NCBI GenBank assembly: GCA_963662615.2
Contig: CAXXSR010000001.1
Span: 448,001 to 512,000 of the forward strand
DNA: 64,000 nucleotides
Origin: Dehalococcoidia bacterium
GTDB taxonomy: Bacteria; Chloroflexota; Dehalococcoidia; Bin125
Direction: 5' to 3'
Below are positions 36,635 through 46,258 of the stretch, in pieces. Position 1 is the first letter of the stretch; the number at the start of each line of letters is the position of its first letter. The notes below the pieces were generated by a model that was given only the letters and a program-made list of their open reading frames with translations, did no database searches and was not told the DNA's origin. Both the position numbers and the translations under genes were made by a program.

Positions 36635-37161
36635 CCCTCGTCGCCGGGGAGACCTTGGACGGCGCGCATCGCTTGGATCTGGCCAAGGTGGAAGGGGCCG
36701 TGGGTCAGGACTCCCTGGCCAATGTGCTGAAGTTTGGGCTGAATACCAAACGGCTTCATCTCCGTGACCGAGAACAGCTCCTCGGGACTGGCGGACTCCA
36801 GGTAGCCCATGACGTCGGCGTGGACGTCTTGGGCGTACTGCACCAGCGCCTGAACGCTGGGGACGCGGAGGGCGTGCGCCTCCGCCTGCGACATGCCGGT
36901 TCCCTGCGCCACTTTGGGCAATCCCCATTGGGCGTCGAGCCCTTGTCGGAGCCAGACCGGCGGCTTGCGCTCCTGGAGGACGAAGTTGATCACGCTGTCC
37001 TCGCTGCGGAGCCAGTGCCAGGCGTGGAAGGCGATGTGGCAGGTGCGGTCGTTGACGCGGTGGTACAGCTGCTCCTCCGTCAGATCCGAGAGCGCGGCCT
37101 GGTACTCCAGGTTGAGCTTGTTGACGAAGTGGCAGAGAAAGTCGCTGAGGGTGGATGCCAT
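36631..37161 (-). CDS. DinB family protein
   Basis: IAFHAWH..RSED, TH...HLGQI. Confidence 0.85.
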   Translation of the reverse strand: MASTLSDFLCHFVNKLNLEYQAALSDLTEEQLYHRVNDRTCHIAFHAWHWLRSEDSVINFVLQERKPPVWLRQGLDAQWGLPKVAQGTGMSQAEAHALRVPSVQALVQYAQDVHADVMGYLESASPEELFSVTEMKPFGIQPKLQHIGQGVLTHGPFHLGQIQAMRAVQGLPGDEG

Positions 37162-37394
37162 GTTCCGGCGCTCCTCTTCCGCCGAACCGGGCGGGCTCTT
37201 CGCTGCAAGGTAGCGCCGAAGCGGGCTCTGTCGACAGCGGCCAACGGGCCCTACGCATTGAATGCCGCGTCTCTTTGGCGCCGGTGGGAGTCGGAGCGGT
37301 GAGGGCGGTGCGGTGAGGGCGGTGCGGCTGGCGACGGGGGGCGATCCCTGATAGTCGCGCCGATCGCCGGCACGTAGTCTGAGAGCAAGGCGCT

Positions 37395-38186
37395 ATGGTC
37401 GAGGTCAATCCCCCTCTCTCCGCAGCCTCCTCCGGTGGACCGACGCCCGTGCAGTCGGCGCAGCTGGCCGACGACGCGTTCGCGGAGCAGTGGGCGAAGG
37501 CGCAGTCGGCGGCGGGGCCCGCTTCACCCACTCAGCTCCCCAGCGGAGACGAGGACGACAACCCCCTCGCGCCGCCCTCTCCACCCATGCCCCCCGGCAC
37601 TACGTCAGCGCCAGCACCTGTCGGTCCCTCCAGCGCCGACGTCGGCTCCGCGAGCGGGGCCGCCGAAGCAGGGGAGTCCGGCGCGGCGGCGCTGCTCACC
37701 GCACTGGGCATCTCGCCGGCGCTCTCGCGCATCATCAAAGAGGCGCGCAGGTTCGTCCCCCCCGGCGCAACGCTTCAAGTCCTTTCCACGGAGCCGGGCC
37801 GGTTCCGCGCCCGCTTTGCGGGGGGCCCAACGACGGCCGGCCCGTCGCCGGTTGTGACTCTGGGGTCCGCGACGCCGACCGCCACCGGGATCGACATGCC
37901 CACGCCACCCGCACCACCTCTGCCCCCGAACATTGGCGGCGCCGACGCAGCCGGACCGCCGCCTCCGCCGCCCATCCCCCCGGACGAGATCCCGTTCAAC
38001 CCCGCGCCGGCGCCCGACGACGAGAGCGTCGACGACTCGCCCTTGCCGGCCCAGTCCAACGCCGCCGTCATGCCGCCCAGCCAAAGCGCCGTCCAGACCG
38101 CCTACCGCTTGGCGCAGCAGGGGGAGTTGAATTGGGCCGCTGCGCCTTCAAGCGTGCGCGACGAGGCGGTGGACGAGCAAGCCTGA
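37395..38186 (+). CDS. Pro/Ala-rich, largely disordered hypothetical protein
   Basis: 263-aa ORF filling the gap between flanking genes. Confidence 0.55.
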   Translation: MVEVNPPLSAASSGGPTPVQSAQLADDAFAEQWAKAQSAAGPASPTQLPSGDEDDNPLAPPSPPMPPGTTSAPAPVGPSSADVGSASGAAEAGESGAAALLTALGISPALSRIIKEARRFVPPGATLQVLSTEPGRFRARFAGGPTTAGPSPVVTLGSATPTATGIDMPTPPAPPLPPNIGGADAAGPPPPPPIPPDEIPFNPAPAPDDESVDDSPLPAQSNAAVMPPSQSAVQTAYRLAQQGELNWAAAPSSVRDEAVDEQA

Positions 38187-38260
38187 GCGGCGGCCGCGGC
38201 AGCCAATGCGGTGACGCAGCCCGCGGCGATGCAGCCCACGCCCGGGCTGATCCCGGCCCT

Positions 38261-39448
38261 CTAGCGCGGGAAGAGCGCGGCGGCGCCCGTCACCTGAAGG
38301 CGGACACGATCGCCCAGGTGGAAGTCATCGCTGGGGCCCAGCCGGGCTCGCACCGTCCGTCCCGACGGCAGCCGCACGGCGATGAGCTGGTCGTGACCGT
38401 AGTACTCGCGCTCGATCACCTCCGCGACCGGCCCGCCCTGGGCTTCGTCGGAGGCGCTGGCGAGCCGCACCATCTCCGGGCGCAGCATTACCTCCACTTC
38501 GCTTCCGACAAGCACCTTGCCGCCGGCGGGTGTCTCCGAGGATGCCGCCAGCAAGCCCACTTCCGTGCGTACGCCGCTCCCCTCCACGCGCCCGGGGAGG
38601 AAGTCGGCGTCGCCCACAAACTCGGCCAGGGCGCGGCTGGCGGGCCGGCGATAGATCTCCTGCGGCGTCGCGACCTGCTCAATGCGCCCCTCCCACATCA
38701 CGGCGACGCGGCCGGCCAGGCTGAACGCCTCTTCCTGGTCGTGGGTCACGAAGACCGCGGCCGCCCCCGCGCGACGCAGGATCTGCCGTACCTCGCTCCG
38801 CACCGACGCGCGCAGGGGGCTGTCCAGATTGGAGAACGGCTCATCCAGGAGGATCAGGGCTGGTTGGGGGGCGAGGACACGAGCCAGCGCCACCCGCTGC
38901 GCCTCTCCGCCCGACAGTTCGTGGGGGTAGCGGCCGGCCAGGTGCCCCAGCGCGACGAGGTCCAGCGCCTCGCGTACGCGTGCGGCGGTCGCGGCGCTCA
39001 TCCGCAGTGCCGGCCGGTTCCGCCAATGCACCCGTGTCCAACGGCGGAGCCGCGCTCCCAGGCTGCCGTCATCGTCGTCGTCGGCCGCCGGCTCGACGCT
39101 GGTGGCGGTGAGGCCGTAGCGGACGTTGGCGGCCACGGTGAGATGGGGGAAGAGGGCGTAATCCTGAAAGACCATCCCCACGCGCCGGCGCTCGGGCGCC
39201 AGCATTGTCCCGGATCCCACTACCTCCTGCCCGTCGATGCGGACGCTGCCGCTGTCGGGCGTCTCGAAGCCGGCGATCAGGCGCAGGGCGGTCGTCTTGC
39301 CGCAGCCGCTGGGGCCGAGAATGGCGACCAGCTCGCCGGGGAACACCGTCAGCGAGAAGCCGTCGACCGCGGCGACGGAGCCGAAGCGCTTGCCCAGGCC
39401 AATGCACTCCAGCGCCGGCGGCGCAGCAGGGAGGGTGCCGTCAGTCAC
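38261..39448 (-). CDS. fbpC: Fe3+ ABC transporter ATP-binding protein
   Basis: GPSGCGKTT, FQDYALFPH, LSGGEAQRVALAR, DEPFSNLD, TOBE domain; GTG 39448 overlaps permease stop. Confidence 0.88.
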   Translation of the reverse strand: MTDGTLPAAPPALECIGLGKRFGSVAAVDGFSLTVFPGELVAILGPSGCGKTTALRLIAGFETPDSGSVRIDGQEVVGSGTMLAPERRRVGMVFQDYALFPHLTVAANVRYGLTATSVEPAADDDDDGSLGARLRRWTRVHWRNRPALRMSAATAARVREALDLVALGHLAGRYPHELSGGEAQRVALARVLAPQPALILLDEPFSNLDSPLRASVRSEVRQILRRAGAAAVFVTHDQEEAFSLAGRVAVMWEGRIEQVATPQEIYRRPASRALAEFVGDADFLPGRVEGSGVRTEVGLLAASSETPAGGKVLVGSEVEVMLRPEMVRLASASDEAQGGPVAEVIEREYYGHDQLIAVRLPSGRTVRARLGPSDDFHLGDRVRLQVTGAAALFPR

Positions 39449-41057
39449 GGATCTGTTTGTCACGGCCAATCAACAGTGCCATAGGGATCGCCGCCAGGGC
39501 AATCAACAGCAGCGCGGGCGCTGCGGCACGGGCGAAGAAAGCCTCGTCGGCCGCCAGCCAGACCTTGGTGGCGAGGGTATCAAACTCAATCGGCGCCAAG
39601 AGGAGGGTCGCGGGCAGCTCCTTCATCGTCGTCAGGAACACCAGCGCGAAGCCGCTGATCAGGCCGGGCAGCAGCAGGGGCATCGTAATCGTGGCCGTGA
39701 CCCAAGGGGGCGACCGGCCCAAGCCGCGCGCCGCCTCCTCCACGCTCGGCTTGATCCGGACCATCGCCGCGCGCACCCCTGCCAGGGCTTGGGGAAAGAA
39801 CAGGACCAGATAGGCAAAGATGAGGACGGCCCAGCTCTGGTACAGCCCCGGCACGACCTTGAGCGAGAAGAAGACGAGCGAAAGCGCCACCACGATGCCG
39901 GGCAAGGCGAAGCCGAAATAGCTGAGCCGCTCCACCAGCGCCGCCAGCATCGAGCGGCGGCGCACCACCACGATGGCGACGGGAATCGCCGCCGCCGCCG
40001 CCACCGTGCCCGCCACCGCGGCGACCGAGAGCGAATGCCACGCCGCCGACCATATGCCGCTGAACGGCTCGCCGGCGCGCAGCCCGCGCACCAGCCAGTC
40101 CAGGAGCACGCCCACCGGCACTCCCAGGGCGGCGATCGCAACCAGCGCCAGGAAGGCGGTCGCCGGCCAGCGCCACCGGCCCAGCCGGATGACGCGGGGC
40201 GGCCGCGGGCTGCCGGCCCCGCTGGTGTAGTAGCGTCCCCGCGATCGCGAGAGGGCCTCAGCGGTCAGCAGGACCACGACCAGCGCGACCAGCAGCAGGC
40301 TCAGGACCGCCGCCGCCGAGCGGTCGAAGCTGCTCTGGTGCTGCACGAAGATGGCGCGGGTCAAGGTGTCGAAGCGGAGCATGGAGACGGCGCCGAAGTC
40401 GCTGATGGTGTAGAGCGCGACCAGCAGCGCGCCGGCCGCCAGCGGCACTCGCAGCTGGGGCACCACCACCCGGAAGAACGTGCGCCAGGGGCCCGCACCC
40501 AGCGCCCGTGATGCCTCCTCCAAAGCCGGGTCAACGCCGCGCAGCCCCACTCGCAGCGTCAGCAGCAGATAGGGGTAGCTGAAAAGGGTAAGGGCGAGCC
40601 AGGCGCCCTCGAAGCCGAAGATGTTCGGGAGCGACTCCACCCCGAGCGGCTCCAGCAGTCGCTGGAACGATCCCCGCGGCCCCAGCGCCGCCACGAAAGC
40701 GAGGCCGCCCACGAAGGAGGGGATGACCAGCGGCAGGACCATGACGACGCTCCAGAAGCGGCGCCAGGGCAGGTCCGTCCGCACCGTCAGCCAGACCGTG
40801 GGCAGGGCCAGGGCGATAGAGCCGGCCGTGACCGCTAGCGCGAGAAGGGCGGTGTTCTTCAGCAGCGTCAGGGTTGAATCACGGGTGAGGTCGCGCCAGG
40901 CGTCGGCGTCGGCCTGGGCGGCGCGCACCAGCAGGTAGACCAAAGGAATCGCCATCGCTCCGGCGACGGCCAGCGCCGGCAACCAGACGAAGGCCGGGCC
41001 CCGCCGCCTTGGCGGGAAACGCTGTGCCCGCGCCGGAAGCCCGGTGAGAAGGGACAT
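39441..41057 (-). CDS. fbpB: Fe3+ ABC transporter permease
   Basis: two EAA loops (LEEASRALG, VEEAARGLG), KELPATLLL. Confidence 0.9.
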   Translation of the reverse strand: MSLLTGLPARAQRFPPRRRGPAFVWLPALAVAGAMAIPLVYLLVRAAQADADAWRDLTRDSTLTLLKNTALLALAVTAGSIALALPTVWLTVRTDLPWRRFWSVVMVLPLVIPSFVGGLAFVAALGPRGSFQRLLEPLGVESLPNIFGFEGAWLALTLFSYPYLLLTLRVGLRGVDPALEEASRALGAGPWRTFFRVVVPQLRVPLAAGALLVALYTISDFGAVSMLRFDTLTRAIFVQHQSSFDRSAAAVLSLLLVALVVVLLTAEALSRSRGRYYTSGAGSPRPPRVIRLGRWRWPATAFLALVAIAALGVPVGVLLDWLVRGLRAGEPFSGIWSAAWHSLSVAAVAGTVAAAAAIPVAIVVVRRRSMLAALVERLSYFGFALPGIVVALSLVFFSLKVVPGLYQSWAVLIFAYLVLFFPQALAGVRAAMVRIKPSVEEAARGLGRSPPWVTATITMPLLLPGLISGFALVFLTTMKELPATLLLAPIEFDTLATKVWLAADEAFFARAAAPALLLIALAAIPMALLIGRDKQIRD

Positions 41058-41063
41058 GCTGGG

Positions 41064-42137
41064 TTACGGCAGCGCGCCGACCTCCCGGAGCAAGTTCAGC
41101 GTGCCCCGTAGATCGGCCAGCGACGTCAGGCGCAGGGAGGGGGGTTGCAGCGTGGCCAGCGGCGGAATGCCGGGGCCGGGCGCCACTCCAGCGATGAGCG
41201 GATATTCGTTGGTCTCCTGGGCGAAGTAGCGCTGCGCCTCCGGCTCCAGGAGATAGGTGAGGAAGCGAAGCGCCGCCGGCTCGTTGGGGCTGGAGCGGAG
41301 CAGGCCGGCGCCGGCCACGTTGATGAGGGCGCCGGCGGCGCCGGGGTCGGTGTAGCGGTTCGCCGCGGGGAAGTTGCGGTCCTCGGCCAGGAAGCGGTGC
41401 AGGTAGTAGTGGTTGACCAAGCCCACGTCGATCTCGCCATCGGCGACGGCCTGCACGATGGGCGAGTTCTTGGGGTACTCCTTGACCCCGTTGGCGATCA
41501 TGCCGCGCAGCCAGCGGGCCGTGCGCTCGTCGCCGTCGATCTCGCGCATCGCAGTGACGAAGGCCTGGAACGAGCCGTTGGTGGGCGCCCAGCCCACGCG
41601 ATCGCGCCACCGCGGCTCGACGAGGTCAACGATCGACGCGGGCAGCTCCTCCTGCGTGAGCCGCTGCGTGGAATAGACCAGGACGCGCGCACGTCCGGAG
41701 ACGCCCACCCAGGCGCCGCCGGCCGATTGGAAGGCCGCATCGACCCGCGCGAGGACGTCGGCGGGCAGAACGGCGAGGAGGCCGGCCGCCTCCACCGCGC
41801 CCAAGGCGCCGGCGTCTTGGGCCAGGAAGATGTCCGCCGGGGAGCGCGACCCTTCTTCCAGGAGCTGGGCTGCGAGCGCGGCTGTGTCGCCGTAGCGGAC
41901 CCGCACATCGACGCCGGTGGCCTCCTCGTATCGATTCAGCAGGGGGCCGATCAGGTCCTCGCTGCGGCCGGAGTAGACCGTGAGGGAGCCCGACGCGCCG
42001 GCGGTGTCTGGGTTGCCGGTGCCTGGGTTGCCGGCGCCGTCATCGTCGCCGCAAGCGGCCAGGGCCAAGGCCGCGAGCGTCGCCAGGCAGACGATGAGCC
42101 GCAGGCGGGTTGGCCGCCATGCCCCGTGGCCCTCCAC
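41064..42137 (-). CDS. fbpA: Fe3+ ABC transporter substrate-binding lipoprotein
   Basis: lipobox LAAC, YSGR, SPAD, N.SFQAFV, LVNHYY; AGGAGG SD before GTG 42137. Confidence 0.9.
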   Translation of the reverse strand: MEGHGAWRPTRLRLIVCLATLAALALAACGDDDGAGNPGTGNPDTAGASGSLTVYSGRSEDLIGPLLNRYEEATGVDVRVRYGDTAALAAQLLEEGSRSPADIFLAQDAGALGAVEAAGLLAVLPADVLARVDAAFQSAGGAWVGVSGRARVLVYSTQRLTQEELPASIVDLVEPRWRDRVGWAPTNGSFQAFVTAMREIDGDERTARWLRGMIANGVKEYPKNSPIVQAVADGEIDVGLVNHYYLHRFLAEDRNFPAANRYTDPGAAGALINVAGAGLLRSSPNEPAALRFLTYLLEPEAQRYFAQETNEYPLIAGVAPGPGIPPLATLQPPSLRLTSLADLRGTLNLLREVGALP

Positions 42138-42236
42138 GCCTCCTCCTTGCAGGCTCCCTGACACGGAATCCACCGGTTCCGCGGGAGGGACCATCCGCAC
42201 CCCGCGCGCGTGGCAGCATGGCGACGCGCGCAGGGG

Positions 42237-42278
42237 TTAAGCTAGGCTTCTTCATCTCGTTAGCCAAGGTTAATATGA
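42237..42278. promoter_or_regulatory. AT-rich putative DtxR/IdeR-type operator sites upstream of the iron ABC operon
   Basis: TTAAGCTAGGCTTCTTCAT and TTAGCCAAGGTTAATATGA, about 12-13 of 19 matches to TWAGGTWAGSCTWACCTWA. Confidence 0.45.
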
Positions 42279-42481
42279 ATCTGGAGGCGACATAACACAT
42301 TGAAGGCCGCTGCGAAGACGGCCGTTCCGGACACGGCCGTTCGGGACACGATCGCCGTTCGTCAGAGGGCAGACGGTGGTGGCGGCCGCGCACGGCTGGA
42401 GCCGGCTTGGCGCAGGGGAATCGCCAGGGTCGCGGGCGGGTCTGGCGGGCTGTCAGATGATGCCGGGTCCAGCCGCGGGAG

Positions 42482-42787
42482 TTACCAGGACGACTTGCGC
42501 ACGCCGGGGATAAGCCCGCGCGCTGCCAGTTCACGGAAGGTGATCCGTGAGAGGCCGAATTTGCGCATGTAGGCCCGCGAGCGCCCGGTCACCAGGCAGC
42601 GATTCTTGATGCGCGAGGGGCTGCTGTTGCGCGGCAGCTTCTGCAGTTGCACTTGGGCCAGCCAGCGCGCGTCCGGGTTCTGCCACGACGCTCGCAGCTT
42701 CGCCTTGAGTTCGGCGCGCTTATCCTTGTACTGCTCAATCATCTTGCGGCGCTTGAGGTCGCGCGCGATCTGGCTCTTTTTCGCCAT
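42482..42787 (-). CDS. rpsN: 30S ribosomal protein S14, long Zn-independent (C-) form, stand-alone
   Basis: [48 protein letters not shown]. Confidence 0.96.
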   Translation of the reverse strand: MAKKSQIARDLKRRKMIEQYKDKRAELKAKLRASWQNPDARWLAQVQLQKLPRNSSPSRIKNRCLVTGRSRAYMRKFGLSRITFRELAARGLIPGVRKSSW

Positions 42788-42939
42788 ATGGTGTCCCCTG
42801 CGGCCGCGACGACATCGGACCGCTGCTGAGGACAGGCTATCGAAGCGTGGCCGGTTGGGGCAACTGCCGGGCGCGCTCCCCGGCCGTCCGACGTGGGCGC
42901 CTGGGACGCATGGGGGGGAAGGGAGTGAGGTGGTGGCCC

Positions 42940-43827
42940 GTGAGCGTGCTTCTGCAAATCAGGGGCTGGCCCTGGCTCCTGCGGGACCGCGCCATTGACG
43001 CGCTCTTCCGCGTCCAACGCGAATGCCTGAACGACCACATCGCGGCGACGCCGGCCGAGCCCGCTGCGGTCGCACAGGAGCTGCGGGAGATGGCGGCCTT
43101 CCTGAAGGCCGAGGCCGTTGACCCGGCCACGGGCCGGCTGGACTTCGCCATGGTGGCGAAGTCGGAGGCGTACCGGCGCTTCCGGCAGTCCTGCACGCCA
43201 CGGGCGCGCGGGCTCGACCTGCGCCGCCTGGGTCGCCGCGAAGAGCGGCTGGCGTTCTGGATCAACTGCTACAACGCCCTCCTCGTTGACGCCGTGATCT
43301 GCTACGAGATCCGCACCTCCGTGAAGGAGGCGCGCGGCGGGCTGGTGGGCTTCTTTCGCCGGGCGGCTTACGAGATCGGCGGGTATCGCTTCTCGTTGGA
43401 CTACATTGAGCACGGCGTGCTGCGCGCGAATCGTGGCCATCCCCGCATCCCGGGGCCGCATTTTCGCGCCACCGATCCGCGTCGGGCCTGCGCGCTGGAG
43501 AAGGCGGACCCGCGCCTTCACTTCGTGCTCAACTGCGGCGCCGCCAGCTGCCCACCGATCAAGTCCTTCAGCGCGGACCGCATTGACGAGGAGTTGGAGC
43601 TGGCCGCCGCCGGCTTCCTCAACGGCCCCGAGGGGGCGACGTTGGACCGGGCCCAGGGCACGCTGCTGCTGCCTCGCGTGATGAGTTGGTACGCCACGGA
43701 TTTCGGCTGCCAGGCGGGCGTGGTCCGGTTCGTGGCCCGGCATCTGGACAGCGACGCCGACCGCGAGTTCCTCCAGAGCGAACGCGTGAAGCTGCGCTAT
43801 CGCGAATACGACTGGAGCCTGGGCTAG
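42940..43827 (+). CDS. DUF547 domain protein
   Basis: [46 protein letters not shown]; start approximate. Confidence 0.88.
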   Translation: MSVLLQIRGWPWLLRDRAIDALFRVQRECLNDHIAATPAEPAAVAQELREMAAFLKAEAVDPATGRLDFAMVAKSEAYRRFRQSCTPRARGLDLRRLGRREERLAFWINCYNALLVDAVICYEIRTSVKEARGGLVGFFRRAAYEIGGYRFSLDYIEHGVLRANRGHPRIPGPHFRATDPRRACALEKADPRLHFVLNCGAASCPPIKSFSADRIDEELELAAAGFLNGPEGATLDRAQGTLLLPRVMSWYATDFGCQAGVVRFVARHLDSDADREFLQSERVKLRYREYDWSLG

Positions 43828-43866
43828 CGCAGGGAGCGGCGGCTTCGATCCGGCGGCGACCAGCCG

Positions 43867-44352
43867 CTATTTCGGTTTGCCCCCCGGTTCGTGCGTGCGC
43901 TTCTCGATCGATTGGCCGCGCTTCGCTTCCAGACGGGCGAAGGCCCGTCCCTTCTCCGGGTGCGGGTCTGCGACGAGACCGTAGATCTCGCGGCCTTCGT
44001 GGTCTTGGGGGAGATAGGTGGTGATGGGAAGACCTTCCGCATCGCAGAAGAGCAGTCAATGGCAGTACTTGTATTTCTGCATCTCGTCGCAGGGGCAGAT
44101 CCAAGTTGAGGACTTCACCTCTTCGTGCTTGTCCTCGTAGAAGTTGCAGGGGCAGAGCGGCCGGCCGAGATCGTCAACGTGCTTGGCCAAGCCGATCACG
44201 AGGAACTCGGTGATCTCCTTCTGCGGGTGCAGGAAGGAGCCGCTGCGCTCGGCATAGCCACGGACGAACTTCCACATCTTGGCCAGGCTCTTCTCCGACG
44301 CCTCCTTGCGGTCGGCGTCGGTGACCTGGTCCACGGGCTGTTCGTCAGCCAT
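43867..44352 (-). CDS. Ferredoxin:thioredoxin reductase catalytic subunit, selenocysteine-containing (161 aa, Sec99)
   Basis: CPC...CPC...CH-TGA(44056-58)-LLF in place of CHC; frame continues 62 codons to TAG 43867; SECIS-like hairpin downstream. Confidence 0.85.
44023..44043 (-). promoter_or_regulatory. Bacterial SECIS element
   Basis: 12 nt after UGA: GAUG-(C bulge)-GGAA-[GGUC]-UUCC-CAUC. Confidence 0.78.
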
Positions 44353-44406
44353 GTCCTGCTCCCTCCAAGCGGGATGGCGCGACCGCCATCGCAGCGCCGG
44401 CGCTAT

Positions 44407-44480
44407 GGCTAGTAATCGCGGCGCCGCCGCTTTGGCTAGTAATCGCGGCGCCGCCGCGACGGCTAGGAATCGGGGCGGCG
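44407..44480. repeat. 27-bp tandem repeat (~2.7 copies) including the PAC2 stop codon
   Basis: ggctagtaatcgcggcgccgccgc at 44407 and 44434; ggctaggaatcggggcggcg at 44461. Confidence 0.85.
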
Positions 44481-45359
44481 ACTTTCGCGCAAGAAGTCCT
44501 CCAACTCCTCAATCAGCCCCTCCGCCGAAGGCAGCTCCAGCGGGGCGCCGGGGGGGACATCGGCGTCGGCCGGCGCCCGCGCGCCTTGCACTTCCTCCAA
44601 ACGGCGTATGTAGGAGGCCAGCCTCTCGTTCTGTTCGACCGCCGTCCGCATGCGTCGCTGGAAGCCGTCGATCTCCTTGTCAAGGTACTCGTAGTTCACC
44701 GTGAGGCCGGAAAGCTCGGCGAATTTCTCCAGCAACGATCGCGTTGCCATGGGGTTGCGCGCCCCCGGGAGGTAGTGAGGCACGCTGGCCCAGAAGCTGA
44801 TCCCATCGATCCCGCGCTGCCGGCAGAAGTCGTGGAAGACGCCCACAACGCCGATGGGGCCTTCGTAGCGGGACGGGTGCAACTGGTAGCGGTCGGCGAG
44901 CTTCGAGGCGTTGGCCGATCCGCGCACCGCGACGGGCCGGGTATGCGGGACCGGAGCGGCGAACGCGCCCAAGGTGACCACCAGCTCCACTTGCGTGGCG
45001 CCGATCAGCTCGGTGATGGCCCCCATGTAGCTCTTCCAGCGATGGTTGGGTTCCACGCCCGCCCCCAGGATGAGGTCCCGCGGCAGCTCCGGCAGCCGGG
45101 CGGCAAAGAACTCGGTGCTGGGCCAAACGATCTCGCGCTCGCCGTCGCGGTAGCGCGCCAGCGGTCGCGCCTGGGTGAAGTCGTAGTAGTCCTCCGGATC
45201 GATGGTGGCGAAGAGCTGCGCGTCCAGCGTGCTGATGAGCGAGCGGACCGCCTGCGAGGCCGCCTCGCCGGCGTCGTTCCAGCCGCTCCAGGCCAAGACG
45301 AGCAGGGGCGTGCGCAGATGCGGGGCGCTCTCCATCTGGAGGTGCGGATGTTCGGCCAT
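44463..45359 (-). CDS. PAC2 family protein (second paralog)
   Basis: GWNDAGEAAS, DPEDYYDF...RP, EPNHRW, PHTRP, YEGP, WASVPHY. Confidence 0.9.
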   Translation of the reverse strand: MAEHPHLQMESAPHLRTPLLVLAWSGWNDAGEAASQAVRSLISTLDAQLFATIDPEDYYDFTQARPLARYRDGEREIVWPSTEFFAARLPELPRDLILGAGVEPNHRWKSYMGAITELIGATQVELVVTLGAFAAPVPHTRPVAVRGSANASKLADRYQLHPSRYEGPIGVVGVFHDFCRQRGIDGISFWASVPHYLPGARNPMATRSLLEKFAELSGLTVNYEYLDKEIDGFQRRMRTAVEQNERLASYIRRLEEVQGARAPADADVPPGAPLELPSAEGLIEELEDFLRESRRPDS

Positions 45360-45443
45360 GGCACCAACGATTGTAGCGATCGGGCGAAACGCCCGGCCAG
45401 CGGCGTCTGAGAGGCCGGATACATCCCCCCAACGCCCAGCACG

Positions 45444-45513
45444 GGGACATCCATCCTTCGTGGCACAACCGTCCTTCATGGGGCATCTGTCCTTCATGGG
45501 GCATCTGCCCCAT
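45444..45513. repeat. 18-bp degenerate tandem repeat x4
   Basis: ggggcatctgtccttcat consensus at 45444, 45462, 45480, 45498. Confidence 0.75.
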
Positions 45514-45999
45514 GAAGGATGGGGCGTCCGCACCTGCTCTCGGCGCCGGGCCGCGGCCACACTGAGCGCGAACTCAGGTGATTCAAGCGGGAACCGAGAG
45601 GCAGCCTCGATCGTCAAGTGCAGTAGCGGTCGAGACGGCCATCGCAGGGAAGCGGGGCGCAATGACTTTGAACCGGGCAGGGAACGCATTTGGGGCCGTC
45701 ATGGTGACGGCCGGGACCACGAGCGCCCCGTCGCAGCTGAAGGCGGCGGCGCGCGTATGGACGTAGGTGCGGACGGCCGCGGAGCGCAGGCAGGAGCGGA
45801 CCGCGGTCCTGGGCCGGCTGCACCGCTTGGCGGAGCGCGACCAGGTCGCAAATCGACGCGGATCGACGGCAGCGCCGCAGCGCGCCGAGGGCGGTTCCGG
45901 CGCGCGGCTTGACTCGCGGCTGGGGAACCGACGAAGGGTCCGCGTCGTCATGCCAGAAACGGCGTCACAAGTCGGCGCTCGCGGTTAGGACGGTTGAAG

Positions 46000-46200
46000 A
46001 TGTTGCATAGAACGTATCGAAGCTGTCTCAACTGTCGCAGCGTCGCCATTGGCGGCCTTGTGGGCGCCGCGATCGGCGCCGCCGTTGGCGGCGTCAGCGG
46101 CGATTGGCTGTTCACGGCGATGTGGACGGCGGGCAGCGGCGCCCTGGGCATGGTGATGGTTTACGCCTCGGTCTTGTCGGCGTCGTCCCGCTGGGAGTGA
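46000..46200 (+). CDS. Small membrane protein with CxxC and glycine-zipper helix
   Basis: SCLNCRS then GGLVGAAIGAAVGG and a second TM. Confidence 0.5.
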   Translation: MLHRTYRSCLNCRSVAIGGLVGAAIGAAVGGVSGDWLFTAMWTAGSGALGMVMVYASVLSASSRWE

Positions 46201-46258
46201 GAGGCGGCGCCACGCCGGAGCGGCGGCCGTCCCTCTTCTCGCGCGCCGCCTCGCCCAC

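Noticed and set aside
37395-38186. Flagellar-secreted or FliK-like identity for the Pro-rich protein
   Set aside because: Only compositional resemblance; no convincing sigma28 promoter or domain motif.
45578-45988. In-frame TAG readthrough (pyrrolysine) joining two small ORFs
   Set aside because: Neither part has a recognisable motif and no pyl context is present; cannot be supported.
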